64,000 nucleotides of DNA from Nitrosopumilus sp. (GCA_965224195.1 OZ245040.1:1568001-1632000); one strand, 5' to 3'; shown: positions 1 through 11,003, counted from the stretch's first letter. Notes: generated by a model from the sequence alone, not told the origin. Translations and numbers: made by a program.

Positions 1-455
1 TTACCAAGTTCTTTTCCAACTGCAGTTACTGCTAAAACAGGCAATCCATATTTTTCCGCTTCGCTAACTAATTTTCCAAGATTAACAATAGTTTGATATT
101 CATATTTTGAGCCAACAAAGATAGACATTGCAAGAGCACTAGCATTTAGTCTAATTGCATCTTCAATAGAGACTGTAATGTCTTCCTGGGATAAATCCTC
201 ACCTATGATACTAGAACCACCAGATACTCTCAAGACCATAGGAGTATCAGTTGTTGCAGAAACAGAAGATCTTTGAACTCCCCTTGTGACCATTAAAGAA
301 TCACAATATTTCAAAAGAGGTGCGACTACTTTTTTTGGATTTTCAAGTTTTTCAGTTGGACCTAGAAAATATCCATGATCTACTGCTAACATTAATGCAC
401 GATTATTTTGTGGTTTAATTATACGAGAAATTCTATTTTGTAATCCCCAATCCAT
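1..455 (-). CDS. lsrF: Class I aldolase, DhnA/LsrF family (3' end runs off the window)
   Basis: Manual translation from ATG at 455: MDWGLQNRISRIIKPQNNRALMLAVDHGYFLGPTEKLE..., the typical LsrF N-terminus. Not in the ORF track because it is truncated. Confidence 0.8.
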   Translation of the reverse strand, partial: MDWGLQNRISRIIKPQNNRALMLAVDHGYFLGPTEKLENPKKVVAPLLKYCDSLMVTRGVQRSSVSATTDTPMVLRVSGGSSIIGEDLSQEDITVSIEDAIRLNASALAMSIFVGSKYEYQTIVNLGKLVSEAEKYGLPVLAVTAVGKELG

Positions 456-500
456 ATTTCTTCGATTTTGAAAGAATGAAAATCCCTTCTTAAGCCTTTC

Positions 501-1529
501 TCATTTTGTAATAATTATCTTCATTGCATTTTCACCAGTACGGGCATGATCAAATGCTTTTTGAGAATCAGAAATGGAGTAGGTATGTGTGATTAGTTGT
601 TTAACATCGATTTGAGAAGATTCGATTAGATTCAATGCTTCTTTTGTATCTGAATCAGATGCAGCATAGCTAGTAACCAAAGTTATTTCTTTAGAGTAAA
701 TTTTACTCATATCTAAATCCAATTTTGCCCCTTTTGATGGAACACCAAATATCATTACAGTGCCTCCTTTTCTAGTCATGTCAATAGCATCATCTAATGC
801 TTTGAGGCTACTTGTAGCAACAATTGCTACATCTACACCTTGTCCATCAGTATTATCCAAAACTGTTTGTTTTCTATGTTCATCCATTGAAGAAATGGAA
901 GCAGTAATGTTAAATTTTTTTGCAAAATCTAATCTAAAATCATTTACATCAAAGCAGAAAATTTTGGAGAATTTTTTTGCATGTGCTAACATGACATGCA
1001 TCATTCCAGTTGGACCAACTCCAAAGATTGCAGTAGAATCACCCTCCACATATGCAAATTTAGACCAGGCCCTAACACAACATGCTAAAGGTTCAATCAT
1101 TGCAGCTTCTTCATAACTAAGAGAGTCTGAAATTTTTAAAACTCCACCATGTGAAACGTTCCATGCAGGGACTACATATTCTTCAGATAATCCACATGGA
1201 GAAAGATTAGTTTCATAATATTTTTCACACATTGTTTCATTTCCATGATTACAGTAATGACAATTATAGCATGGAACATGGTGATGTGTAAAAACTCTAT
1301 CACCTTTTTGGAATTCAGTTACATCAGCACCAACATCTAGTATTATTCCAGATGGTTCATGACCTAATCGCATTGAAGGTTGTCCATATTGTCCAAAAAC
1401 TTTTTCTAAATCAGAACCACAAATTCCACAAGCATGCATCTGCACTAGGACATCACCAGAAGTTAACTGAAGCTTATCTACATCATCAACAGAAATTACA
1501 GATGGTTCTTTAACAGATGCACTTTTCAT
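501..1529 (-). CDS. Zinc-dependent medium-chain dehydrogenase (sorbitol/threonine DH-like)
   Basis: CGICGSD, GHE, CxxCxxC...C and GVGPTG motifs. Confidence 0.9.
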   Translation of the reverse strand: MKSASVKEPSVISVDDVDKLQLTSGDVLVQMHACGICGSDLEKVFGQYGQPSMRLGHEPSGIILDVGADVTEFQKGDRVFTHHHVPCYNCHYCNHGNETMCEKYYETNLSPCGLSEEYVVPAWNVSHGGVLKISDSLSYEEAAMIEPLACCVRAWSKFAYVEGDSTAIFGVGPTGMMHVMLAHAKKFSKIFCFDVNDFRLDFAKKFNITASISSMDEHRKQTVLDNTDGQGVDVAIVATSSLKALDDAIDMTRKGGTVMIFGVPSKGAKLDLDMSKIYSKEITLVTSYAASDSDTKEALNLIESSQIDVKQLITHTYSISDSQKAFDHARTGENAMKIIITK

Positions 1530-1561
1530 GGTAAAACATTAGAGGTTTGATTATAAGAAGA

Positions 1562-1855
1562 TTATACACCGAGAATCTTTTTCAACATTACTCTGTAATC
1601 AACTGCATTTTTTTCACTTCCAGTTGCAGGTAATGCAAATACCAAAGTTGATTTTTCTGCACGCAACGCAGTTAACTCATCACTAATAGATTCTGTAATA
1701 TCATCACTAACTAAAACAAGTCCAACATCAGAATCATCAGTTAATGTCTTAATTTCTTCAAGAGCATTTTGAGGATTTTCAGAAATTTTTCCTGGAATTC
1801 CAGCTAATTGAAAGCTAGTTACAAAAGATTTGCTACCAACAGTGAAGATTTTCAC
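1562..1855 (-). CDS. atpF: A/V-type ATP synthase subunit F
   Basis: 97 aa; MKIFTVG...FQLAGI...LVLVSDD...KKILGV pattern. Confidence 0.85.
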   Translation of the reverse strand: MKIFTVGSKSFVTSFQLAGIPGKISENPQNALEEIKTLTDDSDVGLVLVSDDITESISDELTALRAEKSTLVFALPATGSEKNAVDYRVMLKKILGV

Positions 1856-1943
1856 AGTTGTGGATTTTGTACGTTCTAATTTAACCCTTTTTGGAGTAGT
1901 CAGATCAGGAAAGGTTGATTTAGTTTGAAAAACCAGTCAAATC

Positions 1944-2243
1944 ATGGCAGAAATTGACACTCAAAAAAATATCTATTTGTTCCTACATGGAAGAATGGAT
2001 CTTAAAGAAAAGGCAACAAATGCACTAACTGTAAAAGGATTTGTGGCAGATAAAGTCATCATGGCCTCACCAACTAAGGTAGGAGAAGTAGGAGATTACA
2101 TGGCAATGTTATGGATGCCTCCAACCCCAGATCATATCAAGATTCAACAAATTACTAAAGTTGAAAAAGTTGAGCCAGAAGGAATGATTGGTCTTTGGAA
2201 AGGGGTTTCAAAAGATGATATCGACACTACGCCATTAGAGTAG
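1944..2243 (+). CDS. Hypothetical protein
   Basis: 99-aa ORF with host-like codon use, fits gene spacing. Confidence 0.7.
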   Translation: MAEIDTQKNIYLFLHGRMDLKEKATNALTVKGFVADKVIMASPTKVGEVGDYMAMLWMPPTPDHIKIQQITKVEKVEPEGMIGLWKGVSKDDIDTTPLE

Positions 2244-2245
2244 GT

Positions 2246-2497
2246 TTAGCTGAATCCAGCACCAAACTCGTTACCTTTTTCTAAAACATCACTAGAATCA
2301 GAATTTTTTAATTTTCTATAAAGTAATGTCTCATAAACTATCTTTAAGGCACTTTCATCATCAAGATCACAATCTTCCTTGATCTGATTTTTGTACTTTT
2401 CTAATTTTGTGGCATCTTGTTCATCAGGTGAAAGATTATCATGAACCATTAGATTTGCAATTTTTTCTATTTCAGAATTTTGTTGGTCTTCATCCAT
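2246..2497 (-). CDS. Hypothetical acidic protein
   Basis: 83-aa ORF, convergent with its neighbour. Confidence 0.7.
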   Translation of the reverse strand: MDEDQQNSEIEKIANLMVHDNLSPDEQDATKLEKYKNQIKEDCDLDDESALKIVYETLLYRKLKNSDSSDVLEKGNEFGAGFS

Positions 2498-2535
2498 AAT
2501 AGTATGAATAATTTCTAGTTATTAACAGGTTCGAA

Positions 2536-2838
2536 TTATAAATCAGAAATCAAGCCTCTAAGAAAATCAGAAAATTCATCATCAGAGAAAATTATTTCTT
2601 CAACTTTATTTTCATTCCTAGCTAGTTGTGCAGATTCAAGATGATAGCAAGTCATTTTTCCATTTAATTTACCAAAATAGAAACCAGGGCAAGAACAATA
2701 ATTACAATCAGGATCAATCCAATGTTCTTCGCCTTTTCCAACTACAGTCCAAATTTTGCGCTGTGTGGGCTCAAAAATATGTAATTTTACTCGTTTTTCA
2801 GAAACCAAAGATTGAACTCGATCCAAATTTTTACTCAT
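2536..2838 (-). CDS. SWIM zinc-finger protein
   Basis: YCSCPGF...CYHL (CxC..CxH) motif. Confidence 0.8.
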   Translation of the reverse strand: MSKNLDRVQSLVSEKRVKLHIFEPTQRKIWTVVGKGEEHWIDPDCNYCSCPGFYFGKLNGKMTCYHLESAQLARNENKVEEIIFSDDEFSDFLRGLISDL

Positions 2839-2869
2839 AAGGGTTTAATCAGATATCTACAGTATAACT

Positions 2870-3622
2870 TTGATGTTACAAACAAGAATTATTCCATCAA
2901 AACCTGCATTAGTTTTGGAAGGTGAAAAAAAGAATCTGATAGTAACAGATGTCCACATAGGATTTGAAAGTAACATGGCATCAAATGAAATTTTCATAGG
3001 TAAAAATTCAACAATTAATGAATCAATTCAAGAATTATCAGACATCATAGATTCAGAAAAACCAGATTCAGTGATTTTATTAGGAGATATTAAATCAAGT
3101 GTTAAAAATATTTCAAAAAACGAATGGGATGAAGTTCCTTTGTTTTTTAAAAAAATAAGAGAAAAATGTGATGTAGTACTAGTTCCAGGAAATCACGAGG
3201 CAAATATCCAAAGATTAGTTCCAGATAACATTACAATGATTAGTTCAATAGGAATGATTGAAGAAAATGTTTTGCTAACACATGGCCATACATTACCTTC
3301 AGAAAACTTTTCACATGTAGATAAAATTATCATGGGACATCTTCATCCCGTATTTTTTCAAGAAAATTCTATAATCAATGGTCAAAGAGTTTGGGTATCA
3401 ATTAAAACAGATAAAGAAAACATATTCCCAAACAAGACAGGGGAAATTGAAATAATAATTGTTCCATCATTTAACAAATATTTTTACGCTACACATAGAA
3501 AACAATACAAAAAATCCATTTCCCCAATAATCAATAAAATAAATGAGATATCTAAAGCAAAAATAATTACACTTGATGGAACAATTATTGGAAATGAATC
3601 AAACATCAACCAAGTGATTTAA
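2870..3622 (+). CDS. Metallophosphoesterase (calcineurin-like)
   Basis: DVHIG, LGD, GNH, THGH and GHLHP motifs. Confidence 0.9.
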   Translation: MMLQTRIIPSKPALVLEGEKKNLIVTDVHIGFESNMASNEIFIGKNSTINESIQELSDIIDSEKPDSVILLGDIKSSVKNISKNEWDEVPLFFKKIREKCDVVLVPGNHEANIQRLVPDNITMISSIGMIEENVLLTHGHTLPSENFSHVDKIIMGHLHPVFFQENSIINGQRVWVSIKTDKENIFPNKTGEIEIIIVPSFNKYFYATHRKQYKKSISPIINKINEISKAKIITLDGTIIGNESNINQVI

Positions 3623-4075
3623 TCAGACAATTTTTGTTACTAATGTGCCCTTCATTGCACAGTTAGGACATCTTTGAGATGTTCCCCAATTTTTGACAGT
3701 TTCAGAATATAAAACACGAATTCCATAGGAATAGCCACAATTTTGACATTGAACTTCTGATGAATAACTACCCTTATTCCAATCATCATTTGGATCACGA
3801 ATGAATTTAGAAATTAAGTTACGCCCTTTATCAGTAATACGATATAGTGTTAAATCATGAAAGCCGGGTTTATCATCAAAAGGGATTCTTTGAACCAGGC
3901 CATTTTCATCTAGAAAAACCAAAATATCTTTGAGTTTAAATTCTGCAATCTTTATTTTTACAAAATTTATCTTTACGTTATTTTTTAGATGAATAAAACG
4001 AATTCCATCAGAATCAAATTTTTCAATTTTACTTAAAACTTCATCAAGTTCATCATCAGGAAATTTTTTTGCCAT
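3623..4075 (-). CDS. Hypothetical protein, possible winged-helix plus C-terminal Zn ribbon
   Basis: YRITDKGR wing-like motif; CQNCG...CPNC. Confidence 0.55.
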   Translation of the reverse strand: MAKKFPDDELDEVLSKIEKFDSDGIRFIHLKNNVKINFVKIKIAEFKLKDILVFLDENGLVQRIPFDDKPGFHDLTLYRITDKGRNLISKFIRDPNDDWNKGSYSSEVQCQNCGYSYGIRVLYSETVKNWGTSQRCPNCAMKGTLVTKIV

Positions 4076-4113
4076 AACATTTTATAGAATACTTGTGTTT
4101 ATGTTTTTTATAA

Positions 4114-7100
4114 TCACTCATATTTGTCATATGACTCAATTGGATCTTTTGTTGTTTTATTATCTCTTAACCATTCTAATGTTTTTACAAAAGAATCAGC
4201 CAATTCAATAGTAGTCAAGACAGGAATCCCTAATTCAAGTGATTTTCGTCTTATTTGATATTCATCATCAAGCATTCCCACATATTTTTCTAAAGTAGAA
4301 GTACTTGGAATATTTATGATGAAATCGATTTTTCGTTCATATAATAAATCAGAAATGTTGGGCTTTCGTTCAGGTTCTGAAATTTTATGAACAATTTCAA
4401 CTTGACCAATTTTTTCTTCAAAAAATTCTGCAGTGTGCTCTGTTGCCAATATTTTAAATCCCAATTGTTTTAATTTTGCAATTGTTGGAACTAGTTTTGC
4501 TTTATTTTGTGCACCTCCTACAGTGACAAGAGCTGAGCCTTTATCTGGGAGATTATAACCAACAGAGGTCAATCCTTTGGATAATGCATCATAGAAACTA
4601 TTTCCAAAACATGCCGCTTCTCCGGTAGATTGCATTTCAACCCCCAATGCAATATCTGCTCCCTCTAATTGCATAAAGGAGAATTGTGGGACCTTAATTC
4701 CATAGTTGTGAATTTTTTTCCATTTATTTTCAGGGATTTTAGGCAGTGGTTTATCCAAAATAGCCTTAGCAGCAAGAGAAATCAGGTTTGTTTTAACTAA
4801 TTTTGACACAAAAGGCATTGAACGCGATGCCCTAATGTTTAGCTCTATCACATAGACATGATCATCATGAACTAAAAATTGTAAGTTGAATGGACCTTTG
4901 ACATTAAATGTTAATGCAATCTTTTTTGAATATTCATTAATTGTTTCAATAGTTTTGTTGCTTAGACGCCAAGGAGGAATTACCATCATAGCATCTCCAG
5001 AGTGAACACCAGCACTATCAATATGTTCAACTATTGCACCAATGACAACTTCTTTTCCATCACTTATTCCATCTACATCAACTTCAAGGGAGTTTAACAT
5101 GAATTTGGAAATTACTACAGGATGATCAGGCGACACATCAGTAGCTTCTTTGACATATTTTTTTAATTCTTCTTGAGACCAAACAACTTTCATTGCAGCA
5201 CCAGACAAAACATAAGAAGGTCTAACAATTACAGGGAATTCAACTTCTTGAGCAAATGATTTTGCTTCATTTAGATTTGAAAACGCTTGCCAGCGAGGTT
5301 GCTGAATGTGAAGTTTATCAAGTTCTGCACTAAATTTAGAGCGGTCTTCTGCCCTATCAACATCTTGTGCACTAGTACCCAAAATGTTTACACCATGTTG
5401 TGCAAGACCAGGAGTTAAATTGTTTGCAGTTTGGCCTCCAACACAAGTTATGATTCCTTTTGGATGTTCAAATTCAGTAATATCTAAAATTCTTTCTTGA
5501 GTTAATTCTTCAAAGTATAATCTTGTACAAATATCATAATCAGTTGAAACAGTTTCAGGATTACAATTTACTACTGAGACACTTTTTTCATTATTTTCTT
5601 GAAGACCCCAAACCATGTTAACAGTACCCCAGTCAAATTCAACACTACTTCCTATTCTATAAGGTCCTGCGCCAAGTACAACAATTCCCTTTTCATCCTG
5701 TGAAATTACCACATCATTGGAGTGACCACCATATGTCAAATACAAATAATTTGTAACGGCAGGCCATTCTGCTGCAAGTGTATCAATCTGTTTAACAGAA
5801 GGAATTACGCCTAATTTCTTTCTCAAATCACGAATTTCATCAGGAGATTTGTCTTTTGCACGTGCAATCTGTTTATCTGAAAATCCTAATTTTTTAGATT
5901 CCCACATCAAAGATTCATCGAGTTCAGAATTGTTTAGTTTTTCTTCAACATTTACAATATTTTTTATTTTTTCAATAAACCAAGGATCAACAGTAGACAA
6001 TTTGTAAATTCGTTCTACTGCAATTCCCATCTTTAATGCAATTGCAACATGGTATAGAACTTGATCATCATGATGAGATAATTTGTATTCAATTTCTTCT
6101 TCAGTATACTTAATTCCGTTTGTACGATTCAAAACTAGCCCATCATTCCCAATATCTAACATTCGGATTGCTTTTTGGAACGATTCCTCAAACGTTCTAC
6201 CAACTGCCATCACTTCTCCAACAGATTTCATTGTAGGACCTAGTCTTCTATTAACTAATTCAAATTTATCAAAATCCCATCTAGGGTGTTTACATACAAT
6301 GTAATCAAGTGAGGGTTCAAAACATGCAGTGGTATTTTTTGTAATTCTATTTACAAGTTCAGATAGATTGTAACCTAGTCCAATTTTTGCAGACATGTAT
6401 GCTAATGGATATCCAGTAGCTTTACTTGCCAATGCAGATGAACGAGAAAGTCTAGGGTTAATTTCAATTGCAACATATTTGTCAGAATCAGGATCTAGAG
6501 CATACTGTATATTGCATTCACCAACTATTCCAACATGTTTTGTTGCACGAAGTGCAGCTGAACGTAACATATGATATTCGTGGTTATCAATTGTTTGTGA
6601 TGGTGCAACAACAATATTATCACCAGTATGGGCTTTCATAGAAAGAACATTCTCCATATTACATACAATTACATTATTTCCATCATAATCCTGCATTACC
6701 TCATATTCAATTTGTTTCCAATGACCAATGTATTCTTCAACTAGTACTTGTTTAACCAGACTCGCTTTGAGACCTCGTTCAACAATTTCATGCAATTCAA
6801 TTTCATTATGTGCAACACCTCCACCTCGTCCTCCCAGAGTATATGCAACTCGAATAATCACAGGATATGCTAATTCTTCAGCCGCCTTTTTGGCATCTTC
6901 AAAATTGTTGACAGTTTTACTTCGTAATACAGGTACATCACATTCATTCATAGAATCTTTGAAGAGCTGTCTATCTTCGGTTTTTTTAATACCTGCAATC
7001 TGAGTTCCAAGTACATTGACACCATATTTTTTGAGAATATCTGATTCATCTAGATTAACACCGCAGTTGAGAGCAGTTTGTCCCCCATATGCCAACATAA

Positions 7101-7356
7101 TTCCATCAGGTCTTTCTTTTTCAATAATTGATTCTACATAATCAGCATTAACTGGAAGAAGATACACTTGATCTGCAAATCGAGTGTCTGTTTGGATAGT
7201 CGCAATATTTGGATTGATTAAGACACTGTTAATTCCATCTTCATGTATTGCTTTGAGACATTGACTTCCAGAATAATCAAATTCTCCAGCTTCACCAATT
7301 TTAATTGCACCACTTCCAAGTACCAGGATTTTCTTTAAGGATTCATTCTTTGGCAA
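4114..7356 (-). CDS. carB: Carbamoyl-phosphate synthase large subunit
   Basis: 1080 aa; GSGAIKIGEAGEFDYSG, two ATP-grasp halves, C-terminal MGS domain. Confidence 0.98.
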   Translation of the reverse strand: MPKNESLKKILVLGSGAIKIGEAGEFDYSGSQCLKAIHEDGINSVLINPNIATIQTDTRFADQVYLLPVNADYVESIIEKERPDGIMLAYGGQTALNCGVNLDESDILKKYGVNVLGTQIAGIKKTEDRQLFKDSMNECDVPVLRSKTVNNFEDAKKAAEELAYPVIIRVAYTLGGRGGGVAHNEIELHEIVERGLKASLVKQVLVEEYIGHWKQIEYEVMQDYDGNNVIVCNMENVLSMKAHTGDNIVVAPSQTIDNHEYHMLRSAALRATKHVGIVGECNIQYALDPDSDKYVAIEINPRLSRSSALASKATGYPLAYMSAKIGLGYNLSELVNRITKNTTACFEPSLDYIVCKHPRWDFDKFELVNRRLGPTMKSVGEVMAVGRTFEESFQKAIRMLDIGNDGLVLNRTNGIKYTEEEIEYKLSHHDDQVLYHVAIALKMGIAVERIYKLSTVDPWFIEKIKNIVNVEEKLNNSELDESLMWESKKLGFSDKQIARAKDKSPDEIRDLRKKLGVIPSVKQIDTLAAEWPAVTNYLYLTYGGHSNDVVISQDEKGIVVLGAGPYRIGSSVEFDWGTVNMVWGLQENNEKSVSVVNCNPETVSTDYDICTRLYFEELTQERILDITEFEHPKGIITCVGGQTANNLTPGLAQHGVNILGTSAQDVDRAEDRSKFSAELDKLHIQQPRWQAFSNLNEAKSFAQEVEFPVIVRPSYVLSGAAMKVVWSQEELKKYVKEATDVSPDHPVVISKFMLNSLEVDVDGISDGKEVVIGAIVEHIDSAGVHSGDAMMVIPPWRLSNKTIETINEYSKKIALTFNVKGPFNLQFLVHDDHVYVIELNIRASRSMPFVSKLVKTNLISLAAKAILDKPLPKIPENKWKKIHNYGIKVPQFSFMQLEGADIALGVEMQSTGEAACFGNSFYDALSKGLTSVGYNLPDKGSALVTVGGAQNKAKLVPTIAKLKQLGFKILATEHTAEFFEEKIGQVEIVHKISEPERKPNISDLLYERKIDFIINIPSTSTLEKYVGMLDDEYQIRRKSLELGIPVLTTIELADSFVKTLEWLRDNKTTKDPIESYDKYE

Positions 7357-7360
7357 TTAT

Positions 7361-8500
7361 TTATTTCTCCATTAGGTTTTTGAGTTCTTCAAAGATAAAT
7401 TTACAATCAAAAGGGCCAGGAGCAGCTTCTGGATGAAACTGTACTGCAATACAACTTTGCTTTTTATGTTTTATTCCTTCAACTGTTTTATCATCTGCAT
7501 TTGTAAACCATAATTTAAAATCAGATTTTTCAATGGATTCAGGAGTAATGCCATATCCATGATTCTGACTTGTAACATAGACTTGATTATTTTCTAAATT
7601 AATACAAGGTTTGTTTTGTCCTCTATGTCCATACTTTAGTTTGTAAGTTTCTGTATTTCCTGCAATACCAATAATTTGTGCACCTAAACAAATACCCAAT
7701 GTAGGGATATTATTTTCAATTAATTTTTTTACAGTATCAATAGTATCTGGACATTTTTGTGGGTCACCTGGACCACTACTAAGTACAACGCCATCAGGAT
7801 GATATGACATTACTTTTTCATATGTAGTATTCCATGGAACTAAGATTGCTTTGTAACCAAGGTCACGAACATTTCTTAGAATTGCATTTTTTGCGCCAGT
7901 ATCAATTACAACAACAGATTTTTCTTCATTGCCGTAGATTTGCTCTTCTTGTGTAGATACAATATCCATAAATTGTTCAGAATCATAATGTTTTGCAGAT
8001 TCCAGTTGTTTTTTAACAGATTCAACATCAATTTCAGTATCAGATACAACCAAAGCTGCCATCATTACTCCGCTGGTTCGAAGTTTTTTTGTCAACTCAC
8101 GAGTATCAATTCCGGAGATTCCGGGCACCTTTTCATTGTTCATCCATTCATCCAAAGTCATAGAAAGATTCCAATGACTTGCAGTCAAGGATAATTCATG
8201 AACAACTAAACCACGAATTTGCATTTGATCAGACTCAAAGAATTTTGAAATTCCATCTTCATCAACAATAGATGGATCGGGTACACCGTAATTTCCAATC
8301 AGAGGATAAGTTAAAGTGAGAATTTGACCATTATACGAAGGATCAGTTAAGGCCTCAGTGTAACCGACCATTCCAGTATTGAAAACAATTTCCCCAAAAA
8401 CAGTTGTAGAATAGCCAAAACCTTGACCATCAAGAGCAGTGCCATCATCAAAAATCAGTTTTCCAAACTTGTTTGCGTGGTTTGATTTCTTTGTAGTAAT
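7361..8500 (-). CDS. carA: Carbamoyl-phosphate synthase small subunit (probable non-canonical ATT start)
   Basis: SGPGDP, GICLG and QFHPE motifs. The conserved N-terminus KLIFDDG...GFG...GEIVFNTGMVGY lies upstream of the tracked ATG at 8371. Confidence 0.95.
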   Translation of the reverse strand: MTTKKSNHANKFGKLIFDDGTALDGQGFGYSTTVFGEIVFNTGMVGYTEALTDPSYNGQILTLTYPLIGNYGVPDPSIVDEDGISKFFESDQMQIRGLVVHELSLTASHWNLSMTLDEWMNNEKVPGISGIDTRELTKKLRTSGVMMAALVVSDTEIDVESVKKQLESAKHYDSEQFMDIVSTQEEQIYGNEEKSVVVIDTGAKNAILRNVRDLGYKAILVPWNTTYEKVMSYHPDGVVLSSGPGDPQKCPDTIDTVKKLIENNIPTLGICLGAQIIGIAGNTETYKLKYGHRGQNKPCINLENNQVYVTSQNHGYGITPESIEKSDFKLWFTNADDKTVEGIKHKKQSCIAVQFHPEAAPGPFDCKFIFEELKNLMEK

Positions 8501-8590
8501 TGTGACCCTCGTAAAGTCCGAATTATTATGAATTTAAGTTTTGTGCGTAATTAAAATTCAAAAAGTTGATCGCAAAATGAGATTAATCAA

Positions 8591-9784
8591 TCAGAGTGCT
8601 TGGAACTCTTCGCTCCATTTGTGATAAGCGCGAATCATCTCAGTTGAAACACTAGGTTTTCTTCTCTCCATTATATTTTTGAAATCAGCAGTTGTTAAAT
8701 CTCTTGGCTGAATTGGTGCCTCACCTTCTACTGGTTCATGGTAATCTGGAGAATCAAAAATTTCATGAACAGTCTTAATTTGTGCTGCTTGACAGACATC
8801 TTTGATATCACTTGCACTGTATCCATCAAATAATTTTGCTAATTCAGTATTGTTTACATTGATACTTTTACTCAAGGGAGCAGTGTATTGTTCAAAGAGA
8901 TTTTCTCGTGCTGCTTGAGTAGGCAACGATACATAGATTCTTTTCTGGAATCTTCTAAGGAAAGGCCAATCAAGACTCCAGGGTTTGTTTGTTGCACCAA
9001 TTACATACAACATCAAATCTTTTCCTTTTCCATTAACTCCATCCATTTCAGTTAAAAATTGATTTTTAGTTCTAACTTCGCCTCCAACTTCACTACTTCT
9101 AGAGCCTAACAAAGAATCCACTTCATCTACAAACAAAATAACAGGTTTACCTTCTTTCTCAGCATACTGTCTTGCCATAGCAAATAATTTTGAGACATTC
9201 TTTTCTGCCTCACCAAGCCATTTACTCATCATTGATGATGCATCTACATTAATGAAATAACCATCCATCTCATTTGCAGTAGCTGCTGCAAGCATAGTTT
9301 TTCCTGTACCCGGTGGACCATAAAGTAACATTCCTTTTGGCCATCCAAGTGGAAACAGATCAGGTCTTTTAGTAGGATATACAATGGATTCACGTAATGC
9401 ACTTTTTGCATCATCTAAACCAATTACTTGGTCCCAAGTAACATCAGGTTTTTCTTTCATAATTAATTCTTCAAAATCATTTTCGTTGTCTTGTCTTTGT
9501 ACAGATTTCTTTTGGTCTGAATCAGAAGCTTTTGGATCAACTGCAGGCTCAACACCATGAGATTGTTGTAGTGCTTGAATTCTACCATGGTAAGAGTTAC
9601 ATCGTTCTTTGTAAATTTGATTAAGTTTACTGTTAGGGTAAAGTTGTAATAATTTTACTAAAGCATCTATTGCTTGTTGATAATGAGTAATTGCCATTCC
9701 ACGAGCACCTTGAGAGTCAAATTTGATGGCTTCAGAAGCATATTTGCTTGCTGTGTTCTCTAATTCTTGTGGGGCTAAACTCAT
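8591..9784 (-). CDS. cdvC: Vps4-like AAA ATPase CdvC (cell division)
   Basis: N-terminal MIT domain, Walker A GPPGTGKT, SKWLGEAEK, Walker B FVDEVD. Confidence 0.9.
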   Translation of the reverse strand: MSLAPQELENTASKYASEAIKFDSQGARGMAITHYQQAIDALVKLLQLYPNSKLNQIYKERCNSYHGRIQALQQSHGVEPAVDPKASDSDQKKSVQRQDNENDFEELIMKEKPDVTWDQVIGLDDAKSALRESIVYPTKRPDLFPLGWPKGMLLYGPPGTGKTMLAAATANEMDGYFINVDASSMMSKWLGEAEKNVSKLFAMARQYAEKEGKPVILFVDEVDSLLGSRSSEVGGEVRTKNQFLTEMDGVNGKGKDLMLYVIGATNKPWSLDWPFLRRFQKRIYVSLPTQAARENLFEQYTAPLSKSINVNNTELAKLFDGYSASDIKDVCQAAQIKTVHEIFDSPDYHEPVEGEAPIQPRDLTTADFKNIMERRKPSVSTEMIRAYHKWSEEFQAL

Positions 9785-9793
9785 TCAGATTAC

Positions 9794-10279
9794 CTACGCA
9801 GTTTCCTCTCGAGAATTTTGTTGGTATTCTACGGTGTTAATCTCTGTCACAAAATTGGTTAAATTAATTGCACTTGTTTCGTGTTCATTATAGTCAGGTC
9901 CATCAAGATATCTTTTTTTGAAATCAGACTTGTCGGAGATATGAGCATGCATGTCTTTGACTTTGTTAATAGAGTCTTCAGCAGATATTATTAATTCAGA
10001 AACCTCATCATCCATATCTTCAAGAGAACTGGCAGTTTCATCTATTATCGATGTGAAATGCTTAAGAATTGAGCGCATTTCTTTCTTATCGTCATATTTA
10101 CACATCATAAAATTAGCAATTCCAACAATTTTGTCTAAATCTTGTAATTCTTCCAAGGTGAGTTTATCAATTTTTGAATCTTCTGAAGGCTTTACTTCAG
10201 ACAGTTTTTTATCAATTATTGACGAAATAGACTTGATTCGCCCTATATCTTTTGAAAAATCTCGTTTTTGATTTAGCAT
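9794..10279 (-). CDS. Hypothetical coiled-coil protein
   Basis: 161 aa, co-oriented and adjacent to cdvC. Confidence 0.7.
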   Translation of the reverse strand: MLNQKRDFSKDIGRIKSISSIIDKKLSEVKPSEDSKIDKLTLEELQDLDKIVGIANFMMCKYDDKKEMRSILKHFTSIIDETASSLEDMDDEVSELIISAEDSINKVKDMHAHISDKSDFKKRYLDGPDYNEHETSAINLTNFVTEINTVEYQQNSREETA

Positions 10280-10280
10280 A

Positions 10281-10889
10281 TCAGGTATTGCATAATTTCA
10301 AAAAATCAAGATTAGGATACTGCTTATTTAATTTAGAGTCCACCATCAATTTTACTTTATTAAGATTAGAAGATGACTCATGATTTGATTGACTAAAATC
10401 AAATCTGGCAGTAGTTAGAGCGGCTGAATCTATTACGATACTTCCCAAATGAACAGAGATTTCAGATAGTTTTTGACTACAGTTTGGAATAAATTCAAAA
10501 AGTTGTGCACTAACAGTTCTAATCATAGGAATTGAAGAAGGTAAAACTTCGGGAATACTACTTATGTTAGAAATTCTTCCCATGTTCTTTTGTACAGAAA
10601 GTAGAATTTCTAAAGAAAGCATTACAAGATGCTCTAGTTTCAATGCATCAGTATGGAGTTTATCAGATTCATCAAAATCATAAATTAAATCTTGGTTTGA
10701 TTTTTTTATTTGGATTTGTCTATCATTAAGAACATCAATTACATCATCTAGAATATTCATAGAATATTCCAATCTAGGAACAAGAGTTACAGAATGAGAG
10801 ATATTTTCAACTTCTATTGAATCAACACTACATTTTACCAACATACCGAATATCACTTCTAGATTTTGTATTTGAGGATGATGTATCAA
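10281..10889 (-). CDS. Hypothetical helical protein (start uncertain)
   Basis: ~200-aa ORF abutting the next gene. Confidence 0.65.
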   Translation of the reverse strand: MIHHPQIQNLEVIFGMLVKCSVDSIEVENISHSVTLVPRLEYSMNILDDVIDVLNDRQIQIKKSNQDLIYDFDESDKLHTDALKLEHLVMLSLEILLSVQKNMGRISNISSIPEVLPSSIPMIRTVSAQLFEFIPNCSQKLSEISVHLGSIVIDSAALTTARFDFSQSNHESSSNLNKVKLMVDSKLNKQYPNLDFLKLCNT

Positions 10890-11003
10890 ATATTTTGGTA
10901 ACCACGGTTACACCCATCAGCAGATACAATTTGAGTTTTTTTTGAGTATTTGTGTAAAGGAATTTAGCTCTCAATTTTACCTAATAACAAATCAAGGTAA
11001 ATC

